A stretch of 64,000 nt of DNA from Octopus sinensis (taxonomy: Eukaryota): assembly GCF_006345805.1 (NCBI RefSeq), contig NC_043002.1, positions 20,460,001 through 20,524,000 of the forward strand, read 5' to 3'. How positions within the stretch are numbered: position 1 is the stretch's first letter; every line of letters starts with the position of its first letter. Of this stretch, positions 21,912 to 34,891 are shown piece by piece. The translations under genes were made by a program, and so were the position numbers. Below the pieces are notes generated by a model. It did no database searches. It was not told the origin of the DNA and saw nothing but the letters and a program-made list of their open reading frames with translations.

Positions 21912-22135
21912 TTTTACTTTTACTTGTTTTAGTCATTTGACTGCGGCCATGCTGGAGCACCACCTTTAGTCGACCAAATCAACCCCAGGACTTATTCTTT
22001 GTAAGCCCAGTACTTATTCTATCGGTCTCTTTTTGACGAACCGCTAAGTGACGGGGACGTAAACACACCAGCATCAGTTGTCAAGCAATGCTAGGAGGAC
22101 AAACACAGACACACAAACACACACACATACATATA
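21912..22135 (-). mobile_element. tRNA-derived SINE 3' half, truncated by an RTE copy
   Basis: TTTTACTTGTTTTAGTCATTTGACTGCGGCCATGCTGGAGCACC..; reverse complement of the family at 33072-33510. Confidence 0.8.
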
Positions 22136-22136
22136 T

Positions 22137-25100
22137 AAGCCTGACTGCCACCTTATAACTTATCAGTCAGGGGACTCCGCTAGCGAAATAGACTTCATCC
22201 TCACCAGACAGCGGGATGCAGGGTCGCTCTTAAATACAAAGACCCTCCCGGGTGAAGAGTGTATCCCTCAGCATAGGCTAATAATTAGTGACTTTAGGCT
22301 TGAGGCCAGAAGGACTCCAAGAAACAGACCAATCCAGAAAAGAAGGATTTGGAAGCTAAAGAACCCTTCACATGGTCAGAGATTTAGGGATATCCTCATC
22401 AAGAAATTTGATGAGAGGGAGGAGGAGCTACAGACGTCGGACATAGAAGGTAGCTGGAAATTCCTACGGGACAGCTTGCTGAGTGCCACAGACCAAGTCT
22501 GTGGATGGTGCAAAGTTCCTTCCAGACCTAGAGTTACGTGGTGGTGGAATAGTGCAGTAGACAAAGCCATTAGTTCTAAGAAACAGGCCTGGAGAGCCTG
22601 GAGGGATGGGGGTACCGTACCAAGTAGCCAAAAGGGAGGCCGGGCGGCAGGTATACATAGCCAAAGATATAGCAGAAAAGAAGTTTGCTAATGTCCAGCG
22701 ACGTGAGGACCAAAGAACTGAGGTATTTCGTATTGCTAGACAGTGTGTGAGAGAAAATAGTGATGTTACAGGAGAGAAATGTGTCCGCATGGATGATGGG
22801 GCACTTGCCTTTAATGTTGGTGAAAAGAAAGAGGCTTGGAGAAGCCATTATGAAAGACTGCTGAATGTGGAGAATGAATGGGAGGAGGAGAGCCTGCCAA
22901 ATGTTGACCCAGTAGAGGGACCAGCTATCTGAATAGACGGCTCCCTAGTAGATAAAGCAATTAAGGATATGAAACCGGGTAAAGCCCCCGGCCCATCAGG
23001 AATCACTGCTTAGATGCTTAAAACAGCTGGTTATGCGGGCTATGGCCTAGTCACCCGTATTGTTAACCAGGTAGTTCATAATGGAGTCATACCCAATGAC
23101 TGCCCATCCAAATTACCTTGGATCCCGGAACATCTTGCTGTGCTTGAGGAAACCCGTCGAGTCAAGTGCATATACATGAACATCGAACCAAATATCAATG
23201 GAAACAGTAGCTGTGATACCTGTGCCGGTGGCACATAAAAAGCACCATCCGAACGTAACCGATGCCAACCCCGCCTCGAATGGCTTCTGTGCCGGTGGCA
23301 CATGAACATCGAACCAAATATCAATGGAAACAGTAGTTGTGATACCTGTGCCGGTGACACATAAAAAGCACCATCCGAAAGTGGCCGTTGCCAGTGCAGC
23401 CTCCACTGGCTTCTGTGCCGGTGGCATACAAAAAGCACCATCCGAACGTGGACCGATGCCAACCCCGCCTCGAATGGCTTCTGTGCCGGTGGCACATGAA
23501 CATCGAACCAAATATCAATGGAAACAGTAGTTGTGATACCTGTGCCGGTGACACATAAAAAGCACCATCCGAACGTGGCCGTTGCCAGTGCAGCCTCCAC
23601 TGGCTTCTGTGCCGGTGGCACATAAAAAGCACCATCCGAGCGTGGCCGACGCCAGCACCACCTCGACTGGCTTCTGTGCCGGTGGCACATAAAAAGCACC
23701 AACCGATCGTGGGATCTCGGAACATCTTGCTGTGCTTGAGGAGACCTGTTGAGTCAAGTGCATGTACATGTACATGAACATCGAACCAAATATCAAGCCG
23801 GTGACACATAAAAAGCACCATCCGAACGAGTGCAGCCTCCACTGGCTTCTGTGCCGGTGGCACATAAAAAGCACCATCCGAACATGACCGATGCCAACCC
23901 CGCCTCGAATAGCTTCTGTGCCGGTGGCACATGAACATCGAACCAAATATCAATGGAAACAGTAGTTGTGATACCTGTGCCGGTGACACATAAAAAGCAC
24001 CATCCGAACGTGGCCGTTGCCAGTGCAGCCCCCACTGGCTCTGTGCCGGTGGCACATAAAAGCACCATCCAAACGTGACCGATGCCAACCCCGCCTCGAA
24101 TGGCTTTTGTGCCGGTGGCACATGAATATCGAACCAAATATCGATGGAAACAGTAGTTGTGATACCTGTGCCGGTGACACATAAACAGCACCATTTGAAC
24201 CATTTGAACGTGGCCGTTGCCAGTGCAGCCTCAACTTGCTTCTGTGCCGGTGGCACTTACAAAGCACCATCCGACCGTGACCGATGCCAAAACCGCCTCG
24301 AATGGCTTCTGTGCCGGTGCACATGAACATCGAACAAATATCAATGGAAACAGTAGTTGTGATACCTGTGCCGGTGACAATAAAAAGCACCATCCGAACG
24401 TGGCCGTTGCCAGTGCAGCCTCCACTGGCTTCTGTGCCGGTGGCACATAAAAAGCACCATCCGAACGTGACCGATGCCAACCCCGCCTCGAATGGCTTCT
24501 GTGCCGGTGGCACATGAACATCGAACCAAATATCAATGGAAACAGTAGTTGTGATACCTGTGCCGGTGACACATAAAAAGCACCATCCGAACGTGGCCGT
24601 TGCCAGTGCAGCCTCCACTGGCTTCTGTGCCGGTGGCACATAAAAAGCACCATCCGAACGTGACCGATGCCAACCCCGCCTCGAATGGCTTCTGCGCTGG
24701 TGGCACATAAAAAGCACCATCCGAACGTGGCTGATGCCAGCACCGCCTCGACTGGCTTTTGTGCTGGTGGCACATAAAAAGCACCAACCGATCGTGGGAT
24801 CCGGACATCTCGCTGTGCTTGAGGAGACCTGTTGAGTCAAGTGCATGTAGATGAACATCGAACCAAATATCAATGGAAACAGTAGTTGTGATACCTGTGC
24901 CGGTGACACATAAAAAGCACCACCCGAACGTGGCCGTTGCCAGTGCAGCCTCCACTTGCTTCTGTGCCGGTGGCACATAAAAAGCACCATCCGAACGTGA
25001 CCGATGCCAACCCTGCCCCGAATGGCTTCTGTGCCGGTGGCACATAAAAAGCACCATCCGAACGTGGCCGATGCCAGACCCCTCTGGCACCTGTGCAGGT

Positions 25101-25285
25101 AGCACGTAAAAAGCACCCACTACACTCGCGGAGTGGTTGGCGTTAGGAAGGGCATCCAGCTGTAGAAACACTGCCAGATCAGACTGGAGCCTGGGGCAGC
25201 CCCTGGCTCCCCAGACCCCGGTCGAACCGTCCAACCCGTGCTAGCGCGGAAAACGGACGTTAAACGATGATGATGATGATGATGA
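22137..25285 (+). mobile_element. RTE LINE copy: endonuclease end and linker, RT deleted, greatly expanded 3' UTR array
   Basis: EIDFIL..PQHRLIISDF (APE end), TWWWN, GKAPGPSGI, GVIPND; at ~23103 jumps straight into 3' UTR repeats; RTE terminus and (GAT)n at 25115-25285. Confidence 0.88.
23150..25115 (+). repeat. Higher-order tandem array (~190-200 bp unit of three ~60-67 bp monomers)
   Basis: GAACATCGAACCAAATATC marker at ~23178, 23304, 23498, 23776, 23933, 24124, 24326, 24516 and 24853; monomers end in TGTGCCGGTG(G/A)CACAT. Confidence 0.92.
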
Positions 25286-25585
25286 TATATATATATATAT
25301 ATATATGAATGTATGTGTGTGTGTGTGTATATATATATATAGTTTCAAGATACATCTCATGGATGCTGTCAGATGCATCAGCTGTGATGCTTCTGGAGTT
25401 TTAGGTGGGATTCAGGTCTTTCACCATCAGACTCCTTCACCCAGTTGACCCAGCTGGGGTTGATCAAGTTCCAACAAGCACCCCAGTAACAGCAAACCAC
25501 TGGTCTTCCCCCTTTCTCCAAAGCCACCTAGTTGCCCCCCGCCTCTCTCTATATATATGTGTATGTGTGTGTGTGTGTGTGTGTA

Positions 25586-26315
25586 GACATGGCTGTGTGA
25601 TAAGAAGCTTGCTTCCCAACCACATGGTTCTAAGTGCAGTCCCTCTGTGTGGAACCTTGGTTAGTGTCTTTCATTATACTCTCAGGCCCACCAAACCCTT
25701 GTGAGTGTATTTGGTAGAAGGTTGCTGAAAGAAGCCTGACATATAATATATATCTGTTTGTGTGTGTTGTGTCTGTGTTTGTCCCACAATATCGTTTGAC
25801 AACCAACGTTGGTTTGATTGTGTCCCGGTAATTTAGGGGTTTGGTAAAAGCGATCATTTGAATAAGTACAGGGCTTAAAAAAAATACTGGCATTCATTTG
25901 GAAATTACTATTTTTAAATCTCACAACGTGAGATATTCAGCAACAGTATTTTGTAGTAAAGATTGTTTGCCAACATAACATGGCAGTCCTGGTTTAGGAC
26001 GAATATTGCTGTAATTTAGCCCCAGGAGACATTGTCTCCAGTTGGCTATACAACACGTTCTGTGCCTTTATATTTTCAAACAAGGTGTCGCTAGATTCCC
26101 TTTTTTGAAAATATAAGGACACAGATCATTTGTATAGCCAGCTGGAGATGATGTCTCCTGGGGCTAAAATACAGCAACATTCATTCTAAACCAGGACTGT
26201 CATATTATGTTGGCAAACAATCTTTACTGGCATTGATTTGTTCAACTAAAATTGTTCAAGGTGGTGTCCCAGCATGGCCACAGTATCATAACTGAAACAA
26301 ATAAAAGATAAAAGA
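25586..26315 (+). mobile_element. Older tRNA-derived SINE carrying a foldback insertion
   Basis: Head ATGGCTGTGTGATAAGAAGCTTGCTTCCCAACCAC, tail CAGCATGGCCACAG..CTGAAACAAATAAAAG. Confidence 0.7.
25954..26229. mobile_element. Foldback MITE with ~130-bp inverted arms
   Basis: AGTAAAGATTGTTTGCCAACATAA... / ...TTATGTTGGCAAACAATCTTTACT; arms pair almost to the centre. Confidence 0.85.
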
Positions 26316-27599
26316 TATATTTATATTAAAGTGGTACTACAGACGATGTTGCTAATTGTTAAATGGTGAGCTCCAGATCCTTGCTCCCACTTCCCTGGCT
26401 ATAATAACTTATTTTACGATGAAATGTGTTCTATCCATGACCCTCCCATAGTTTATATAGATGTTGTTTATGAAGGACTCAGTGTCTGAAATTTTAGAGT
26501 TGTGGGGTCCTATTATTAATGTCTAACTGACAACTTAAATATCACTCTCTTGGGCTGTTGTCACGAGAAAATGTATCTGGTACATTCTGTAAAATGATTG
26601 GCAAGAGGAAGGGCATCCAGCCATAAAAACCAAACCAAAATGGCACATTTAAGCAACAGACAAGAAAGCAGTGGCTTCCAGAAAGGACTTGGACTGTGAC
26701 GATCCTTCTAACCCATACCAGCAGAAAGCAGACATAAAATGATGATGGTAATAAATACCTTGAGTAATAATATCAAATTTAATCTGCTCCTTGGTAAACA
26801 CTAGTAACTTTGGGAATGTTTCAGTCTTATTAGATCTCTTCAGCTAACCATAGCAGTTTGCTAGTATTTGCTAGATACAGTGATAGAACATCACTTTATT
26901 TATGTACAAAAAAACACAATGGTTGAGGAAAGTGACTGAAACGTTTACTTGATATATATACATACATGTGGGTGTGTTTGCACAATTGTGTAAATCAGAA
27001 GATCAGAAATAAATTTTAATGTTATAAAGCATCACTGGATTAAATGAGAATGTAAACATTCTTTCTATATTATTGATGTGTAGAAAAAAAAAATGAAAGG
27101 AGTCCCATGATAGATTATTTCCTAGTTTGTTGGCCATTCCCCGGAGATGTACTTGGCTTCCTTCAGTCAATGACAAAAGAACATCTGTGTATAAAGCAGT
27201 CATAAAATAGGCTAGCACCATGGTGGATACCCAAATGTGCATAACTGTGCTTTTGACAGCTTGTCATCAATTAAAAAATATCCATTTAATGTTTAAACAC
27301 ACACACACACATACGTGCACGACAGGCTTCTTTCAGTTTCTGTCTCCTAGATCCACTCACAAGGTTTTGGTTGGCTTGGGGCTTGTCCAAGGGTCCACAC
27401 TTGTAGATGTGAAGTAGATGCTTCTTCAAGGGTCCACGCTGTAGGACTGAATCAGAAACCATGTTGTTGGGAAACAAACTTCTTAACCATGCAACATTGT
27501 ATGTGTGTGTGGGCTAAAATACAAAACTTCATTTTTTTTTTGTCATTCAGTGATGGTGCCTTTAAGTAATCGCTCATTTCGTCAGAGATAAGAAACAAA

Positions 27600-27910
27600 T
27601 CTATATATATAAAGCTGAAGTTGTCTGTGAGAGTATGATAGAAGAAGACTTACTCTTCCTTCCGTAGAAGAAAAAATTCAAATCAGACCATGTTAAAACC
27701 AAAAATTATTTACATCAAAAAGGTGCTTTTTTTTCTATGAAAATCCCTATTTTTTACGATTTTTTTTACTGCTGTGTCGCCATTTTTCGGTGTATTTCAA
27801 CTTAAAGAGAATAACAAACTACATAATGCAAAACTTTTACTTTTCAAAAATTCCAATTCTAAAGGGTCGAAAAGAAAACAAGCCTGAGTAACGCTGGGCT
27901 ATACTGCTAG
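27600..27910 (+). mobile_element. Non-autonomous Helitron
   Basis: A|TCTATATATATAAAG start, CTAG|T end, subterminal hairpin-like CCTGAGTAACGCTGGG. Confidence 0.7.
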
Positions 27911-28164
27911 TTTATTTTAAATCACAACTTACAGTCGTAAAAAAGAAGACATTGGATAAGGAAATCTTAGGTGTAATGTTTTTAAAAAAAACATGACAAT
28001 ATAGTCACAAAAGGTTGTGTATGATTTGAGGAATACTTGGCTGTTATTTCTAGCAAGTTGAGCGACAGAGTAGCGTATCTCCTTTGTTGGCTCATTATTG
28101 TTATTATTTCTATTCTTATCGTTGCTGAATTTATTTATTCGTCTGTTTTATTTGTCAAACTTAG

Positions 28165-28262
28165 AAAGAACCGGTTTCAACGACCAACATGTGAAAGATC
28201 TTGAAACGTGGATTGACGAATATACTGCTGAGTTACCTCCCCTCAAGAATTTCATTCTCCCG
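28165..28262 (+). CDS. MMAB: MMAB internal exon (equivalent to human exon 6), 98 bp
   Basis: ttag|AA AGA ACC.. = RTGFNDQHVKDLETWIDEYTAELPPLKNFILP|gtaaat; matches the PduO-type adenosyltransferase motif LExWIDxxxxxLPPLxxFILP; phase 1 start, phase 0 end. Confidence 0.95.
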
Positions 28263-28864
28263 GTAAATTTTTCTTTCTTTTTCTTTTATGTTGTTTCTCG
28301 TCTGATTAAAATGTAATTCAATTCAGTGGCAGGGTATACGGATCTTTTTTTTGTTTGGTTCGCAGTTTTCAATTCTTTTAATTTTGTTCCACTTCTTTTC
28401 AAATGATCTGTGTATACTAATACTGCGAAGAGGTAGATTTTAGGCCAAACAACAGTAGCACCATCACCATCATCATCAATACCAAAATAGTGAGAAAAAC
28501 TGATGATTCTAGATCATATAGTTCCATTCACTCTGAAAAGGACAGGCTGGTCACTATAGGCCTTCTTGAAAAGGACATGATGGTCACTATAGGCCTTCTT
28601 GATCATATTTGAATTGGGGTTAAACATCATCATCATCACTGTACTATCACCTCCACTATCATCATCCTTGCCATGTATGCTATATGCATAATTCCACATG
28701 CTTTGATTGACCAAATTGCAGAGAATAGATAAGAGAATATTTAAATGAGTTTACCAGTAATAAACTGGTGTCTGATCCAAGAGCACTAACATTAACTAGA
28801 TCAAAGGGGCTCCAATTAATGTTATTACTGAGCTCTGAAACTTAACATCACCGATAAGGTTCCT

Positions 28865-29235
28865 TGGGGAATTTACTAACATATGTTCTAGCTTGCTCAC
28901 CAACCACATGGTTCCGGGTTCATTCCCACTGCGTGGCACCTTGGGCAAGTGTCTTCTACTATAGCCTTGGGCTGACCAAAGCCTTGTGAGTTGATTTGGT
29001 AGACAGAAACTGAAAGAAGCCTGTTGTATATATGTATATGTGTGTGTGTGTGTGTGTGTTTGTTCCCCCAACATTGCTTGACAACCGATGGGGGTATGTT
29101 TACGTCCCCATAACTTAGCAGTTTGCAAAAGAGACCAATAGAATAAGTACTAGGCTTACAAAGAATAAGTCCTGGGGTTGATAAGGTGGTGTTCCAGCAT
29201 GGCCGCAGTCAAATGACTGAAACAAGTAAAAGAGA
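28865..29235 (+). mobile_element. tRNA-derived SINE with internal (TG)n
   Basis: GGTTCCGGGTTCATTCCCACTGCGTGGCACCTTGGGCAAG (B-box-like) ... GACTGAAACAAGTAAAAG. Confidence 0.85.
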
Positions 29236-30084
29236 GATGAAGTCCACCTCCATTAGGTGAATTTCAGTTTAGGAAGGTGAGATATTCAGTTGGATGCAAC
29301 TGTGAAATATTTTCAGTGTAGCTTACCCCATGTAATTGGTTAAGTCTGTTTTGTATGAGCATGTGTGTGTAAGAGCAATCATCATTTAATGTTGACTTTT
29401 CCATGCTTGCATTGGTTAGGCTGAATATGTTTTGGTAGATTTTCTATGGCTGGATGCCCTTCCTGTCATCAACCCTCACATGTTTTCCAAGAAGGTTATA
29501 TTTCCCCATGACCACACACGTTTTTTTACAAAAGACTGGAAGAGAACAATGCTTGTTTACAACCATCACCTAATGCCAAGACAAGGGCACACACACACAC
29601 ACACACACAGACACACACACACAGACACACACACACAGACACAGACACACACACACACATATGCATGCACGCACACGCGCACACACATACATGCACACAT
29701 ATGGGTAGGCACACAGACAAGCTTGTACTTACACATATCCATGCACATGATGGGCTTTTTCCTATTTCTATCTCCTAAATCTACTCACAAGGCTTTGGTT
29801 GACTTGGGGCTTATAGTAGAAGACATCTGCCCAAGTTGCTGTACAGCAGGACTGAACTCAAGACCACATGGTTAGGAAGCAAGCTTCTCAGTCACACAGC
29901 CACAGGACAGAGAGAGAGGTGGGGGGAGAGAAAAGGGTGAGAAAGGAGAGAGATTCAATCAGAAGAATCACTAGATGAAACTGTCAGCCACCAGGATACA
30001 TTGAGTGAATATATTGAGCAAATATTACTCTAAGCAGAGTTCTAAGTTTTCAGTTTCTCAGCAGTATGTGTACACAGTACTTAA

Positions 30085-30305
30085 CCCTTTAGTGTTCGCA
30101 TTATTCTGCTAAAATTAATGCCTTTTCATCTACATTGTTTTGAATTAATCATGCCTTATCTTGTAGCTAGGAGATTTCAATGAGGTAGCTGTTAATTTTT
30201 CAAATGATATTGTAGGGTTTGTGTGAGAGACCAGATCTGGCCAGTTTGAACATAAAACAGGCAGAATACTTTTGGCCAGATATGGCCGGTTTAAATGCTA
30301 AAGGG
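30085..30305. mobile_element. piggyBac-like MITE
   Basis: TTAA|CCCTTTAG ... CTAAAGGG|TTAA. Confidence 0.75.
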
Positions 30306-30354
30306 TTAAGCCTTCTTCATTTACACACACACACACACTATCATCATTCTTTTA

Positions 30355-30770
30355 TTCTTTCACTCTTTTACTTGTTTCAGTCATTTGACTGTGGCTATGC
30401 TGGAGCACCGCCTTTAGTCGAGCAAATCGACCCAGGACTTATTCTTTGTAAGCCTAGTACTTATTCTATCGGTCTCTTTCGCTGAACCGCTAAGTTATGG
30501 GGACGTAAACACACCAGCATCGGTTGTCAAGCAATATTGGGGGGAACAAACACAGACAGACAAACATACACACACACACACACATGCATATATACATATA
30601 TACGACAAGCTTCTTTTCAGTTTCCGTCTACCAAATCCATTCACAAGGCTTTGGTCGGCCCGAGGCTATAGTAGAAGACACTTGCCCAAGGTGCCACGCA
30701 GTGGGACTGAACCCAGAACCATGTGATTGGTAAGCAAGCTACTTACCACACAACCACTCCTATGCCTATA
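30355..30770 (-). mobile_element. tRNA-derived SINE, full length
   Basis: Reverse complement of the family at 33072-33510. Confidence 0.88.
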
Positions 30771-31297
30771 ATCATTGTGTATAATATTTGTATGTACATG
30801 AATATATGTGTGTGCAAATGTGTTTAACCATATTTACTACTTCCACTACATAGTATGTACCTATTCATATACCTGTATATTTTTTTCAAAATACATGTAT
30901 ACAAACATACAGAGACACACAATACATTCTGTATTTATTTTACTCCAGTTCGTCTCCATAGTACTTGCCTTCAATCTTAGTGTTGTTATGTGTGTGTGTA
31001 AATCTACATAAATGTGTGTTCAACTGTGTATGTTTGTTTACATGTGAATATACATACCTATAATATCTAGGTCTGTGTGTAGTGTGTTTTGCTATTTTTC
31101 TGAAAATTTTATCATCTGTGAGTGAGTGTGTGTGTGTGTGTGTGTATGTTTATACATTTTTCTATGTATGAACTGGATGTATTTGTATGTCTATATGTCT
31201 AAATAAGAGCATTTTATACACACCTATATGTATATATTGAGATGTTTTTGTACAAGTTTGTGTGTGTATAATATATGTATATATATGTATATATATG

Positions 31298-31359
<62 letters not shown>

Positions 31360-33071
31360 CATACACACACACATATACACATATATATATATATACACAC
31401 TTACATATGTATATGCATGTACAAATTTTCTTAAACATCTCCATATTGTAATATAACAAGTATATATGAGTATACTATTCTGCATTATACATTCACACAC
31501 ACACATACACTCACTCACACACACACATGCACACACATGCACACACATATGTGTGCGCGTATATTTATGTGCACATGTACATACACTCATACAATTGCAC
31601 ACCGCTTATACAACTACCTGAACACACACACACACACACAGAGTTGTATAAGCTGTGTGCAATTCTGTGTTGGTCTTTAATTAACCAACCACTCAAGAAC
31701 TGTCTCTGTACATTACATCTAGCAAGTACCAACTGCTGCACCAATTCTATGTAACACCACTTAAGCTGCATCAGTCTGCAACTAAGTAACACTTTCATGT
31801 AAGGCTGCAGTATAGGAAATAGTACTAGTGGTGGTGGTGGTGGTGGTGGAGCATTAGTGTAAGTAATCACACTGTGTCAGTAGTTACTCTTGCAAGTATG
31901 GGTTGATGCTTGCTTGCTTTTGTTGTTTGTGTTGTTGTACTTGTGGTAGTTTGTCCTTAATGTTGATGGTAACGGTGCTCATGATTTGGTGGTGTTGTAG
32001 TTAATGTTATAGTGGTGATGTTGCATTTGATATTGAAGAGGGTGTTGGAGTTGTTGGCGGTAGTGATGGTGGTGGTGTTGTTTAACCACAGGTCAGTTCT
32101 GATCCAGCAGACCTATAATCAAAGTTGCTATTGCCATGATCACCCTCTCTTTATTTTTATTTTATCTGGCATAGTGTATCTAGGACTGCATTATACAATG
32201 TCTTCTTCCATTTTAAGACAGTAATGTTGGGTATGACAATAACTGCTATTTTTAGCAGGTTGAGTGACTATGTTAGGGCTCTTTCATTGTTGGTCATTTT
32301 TTTATTGTTGTTGCTTAACCCCCAGACCTTTTCTGATTGAGCACACCTAAGGTCAAAAACATTCCAAATATGGCCATCATGTCATTGAAGAAGTATACTG
32401 GACTAAATTATTTAATCAGTCTTTTCTTTATTTAAAATATTTGGATGTGAGTTCAAAGAGATTTGGCTGCTATTTCTAGCATGTTGTGCTACTTCATAGA
32501 TACTCCCTATTATTGGTATTGATTATGGTATTGATGTGGTATGTGATGATGATGATAGTAGTAGGTGGTGTTGGTATTGGTAAGTGGTGATGATGATGTT
32601 GTCAGGTGTTGGTGATGGTGGTGTTGGTGATGATGATAGCAGTAGGTGGTGATGGTGGTGGTGGTGTTGATGGTGGTGGTGTTGATGGTGGTGTTGGTGG
32701 TATTGATGGTGGTGTAGATGGTGTTGGTGGCAATGATGATGGTAGGTGGTGTTGCTGGTGGTAGCTTAGGTGGTATTGGTTGATAATGTTGATGGTGTTA
32801 GTGATGATCATGGTGGTGTTGTCGGCAGTGGTGGTGGTGGTGGTATTGTTGGTTCTATTGGTGTGGTGATGGTGATAGTGGTAGGTATAGAGGCAGTGTG
32901 TTGTTGTTGATGACCTTACTGTTATCAGTGTTGTCAATTTGTATGTGAAGTATCCAAACTGGAACAACTGTAACCAGTCAAGTTCTTCTTGGAGTACCCA
33001 ACTCTACCCAAATACAACACTTAACTCTGCTGATTTTGTTGTATGAAGCAGTTTGGAATAAAATATATCCA

Positions 33072-33510
33072 TAGGCGTAGGAGTGACTGTGTGGTAAGTA
33101 GCTTGCTTACGAATCACATGGTTCTGGGTTCAGTCCCACTGTATGGCACCTTGGGCAGGTGTCTTCTACTATAGCCTCGGGCCGACCAAAGCCTTGTGAG
33201 TGGATTTGGTAGACGGAAACTGAAAGAAGCCTGTTGTATATATGTATATATATATATATTATATATATATATAATATATATATATATATATGTATATGTT
33301 TGTGTGTCTGTGTTTGTTCCCCCAACATCACTTGACAACCGGTGCTGGTGTGTTTACGTCCCCGTAACTTAGCGGTTCGGCAAAAGAGAACCGATAGAAT
33401 AAGTACTAGGCTTACAAAGAATGAGTCCTGGGATCGATTTGCTCGACTAAAGGCGGTGCTCCAGCATGGCCACAGTCAAATGACTGAAACAAGTAAAAAG
33501 AGTAAAAAAA
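33072..33510 (+). mobile_element. tRNA-derived SINE, full length
   Basis: GGCGTAGGAGTGACTGTGTGGTAAG (A box), GGTTCAGTCCC (B box), internal TA/TG tract, GAAACAAGTAAAAAGAGTAAA tail. Confidence 0.88.
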
Positions 33511-33721
33511 TAAAGGAAGAGGGAGTATGTAAAGTTATATCTGAATTGTTCAATTGCAATCAGATGTTACAAGACCTAATGCTTCAAGAGTAGTCCTGGG
33601 GGAAAATTCTCCATCCAGACATTTTATTTTGGGTTTTGAGTAATGTCATTAGCTCATTGGACCAAGGAATTCACACTCCAGCACAAACATTCTGTCTGCT
33701 CTTTTCATGAATATATTTCTA

Positions 33722-34154
33722 CTAGCTGGTCCCGGTGCCATTAGAAATGGTGACTAATTGTAGTATCTTATATAAAGATAAGGTACAGAGTAAGGTACGT
33801 AATAATCACGGATACAAACATTCACATACTTCCCTTGTACATACACACGCATACACACATACTCACAGAGTTGAAACGCTGTTTGATTTTTCTTTTCCAC
33901 ATTGAATGTTCACCATCCCACTTCCATTGCACATACACGCACACACACAAACATTCACATACCTCCTTTTTTACATACACACACATATACTCACACAGAG
34001 TTGAAACGCTGTTTGATTTTTGTTTTCACCATAGGATTTACATCATCCCACTAACAAGTTTGTCATCACCCATTCCTCCCTTAATCATCTGTCACTCCTT
34101 CCTTTCTCGTTCATGTGTTGTAATGGAGAAAAACACAAGTATTATTATGGTAGA
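33722..34154 (-). mobile_element. Non-autonomous Helitron
   Basis: Minus strand A|TCTACCATAATAATAC start and CTAG|T end; internal ~130-bp duplication (CACAGAGTTGAAACGCTGTTTGATTTT twice). Confidence 0.55.
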
Positions 34155-34849
34155 TACTTAACTGGAACTCCGTCGGTTATGATGACTAGGGTTCCAGTTG
34201 ATCCAATTAACGGAACAGCCTGCTTATGAAATTAATGTACAAGCGGTTGAGCGCTCCACAGATACGCATGCCCTTAACATAGTTCTCAGGGAAATTCAGT
34301 GTCTTACAGAGTGTGACAAGGTCGGCCCTTTGAAATACAGGCACTGCTTATTTTTACTAGCTCAGCGGACTGGAGCACCATGAAATAAAATGTCTTGCTC
34401 AAGGTTACAATGCATCACTGGGAATCGAACTCATGACCTTATGATTCATTATCATCATCATCATTGTTGTTTAACACCTGCTTTCCATGCTGGCATGGGT
34501 TGAACAGTTTGACTGAAGACTGGCAAGCCAGAAGACTGTACCAGGTTCCAATCTCATCGAGCAAGGTTTCTTATTCCTTTATTGCCCACAAGGGGCTAAA
34601 CAGAGAGGGGACAAACAAGGACAGATAAAGGGATTAAGTTGATTACATCGACCTCAGTGCATAACTGGTACTTAATTTATCAGCCCCGAAAGGATAAAAG
34701 GCAACTTTGCCTTTCATCCTTTCAGGGTCGATAGATTAAGTAGCAGTCAAGTACTGGGGGGTGGGCTGATGTGGTCGACTATCTCCCTCCCCACAAATTT
34801 CAGGCCTTGTGCTTATACTAGAAAGGATTGTTATTATTATTATTATTAT

Positions 34850-34891
<42 letters not shown>

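Noticed and set aside
23150-25115. CRISPR-like look (palindromic repeat plus spacers)
   Set aside because: Spacers recur in A-B-C order rather than being unique, there are no cas genes, the context is eukaryotic, and the array is continuous with an RTE 3' UTR.
23076-25234. Long minus-strand ORFs (up to 388 aa)
   Set aside because: Translations of the tandem array in several frames; no protein motif.
25954-26229. G-U skew in this foldback element
   Set aside because: Mismatches are roughly balanced between G-U and A-C; used only as a negative control for the 9675-11845 hairpin.
26795-26850. Possible minus-strand hammerhead (CTGAAGA..GAAA..TTA)
   Set aside because: Stems II and III pair poorly; cannot be supported without a family consensus.
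28098-28316. 72-aa ORF as a stand-alone gene
   Set aside because: Only 28165-28262 is coding (MMAB exon); the rest is intron read-through.
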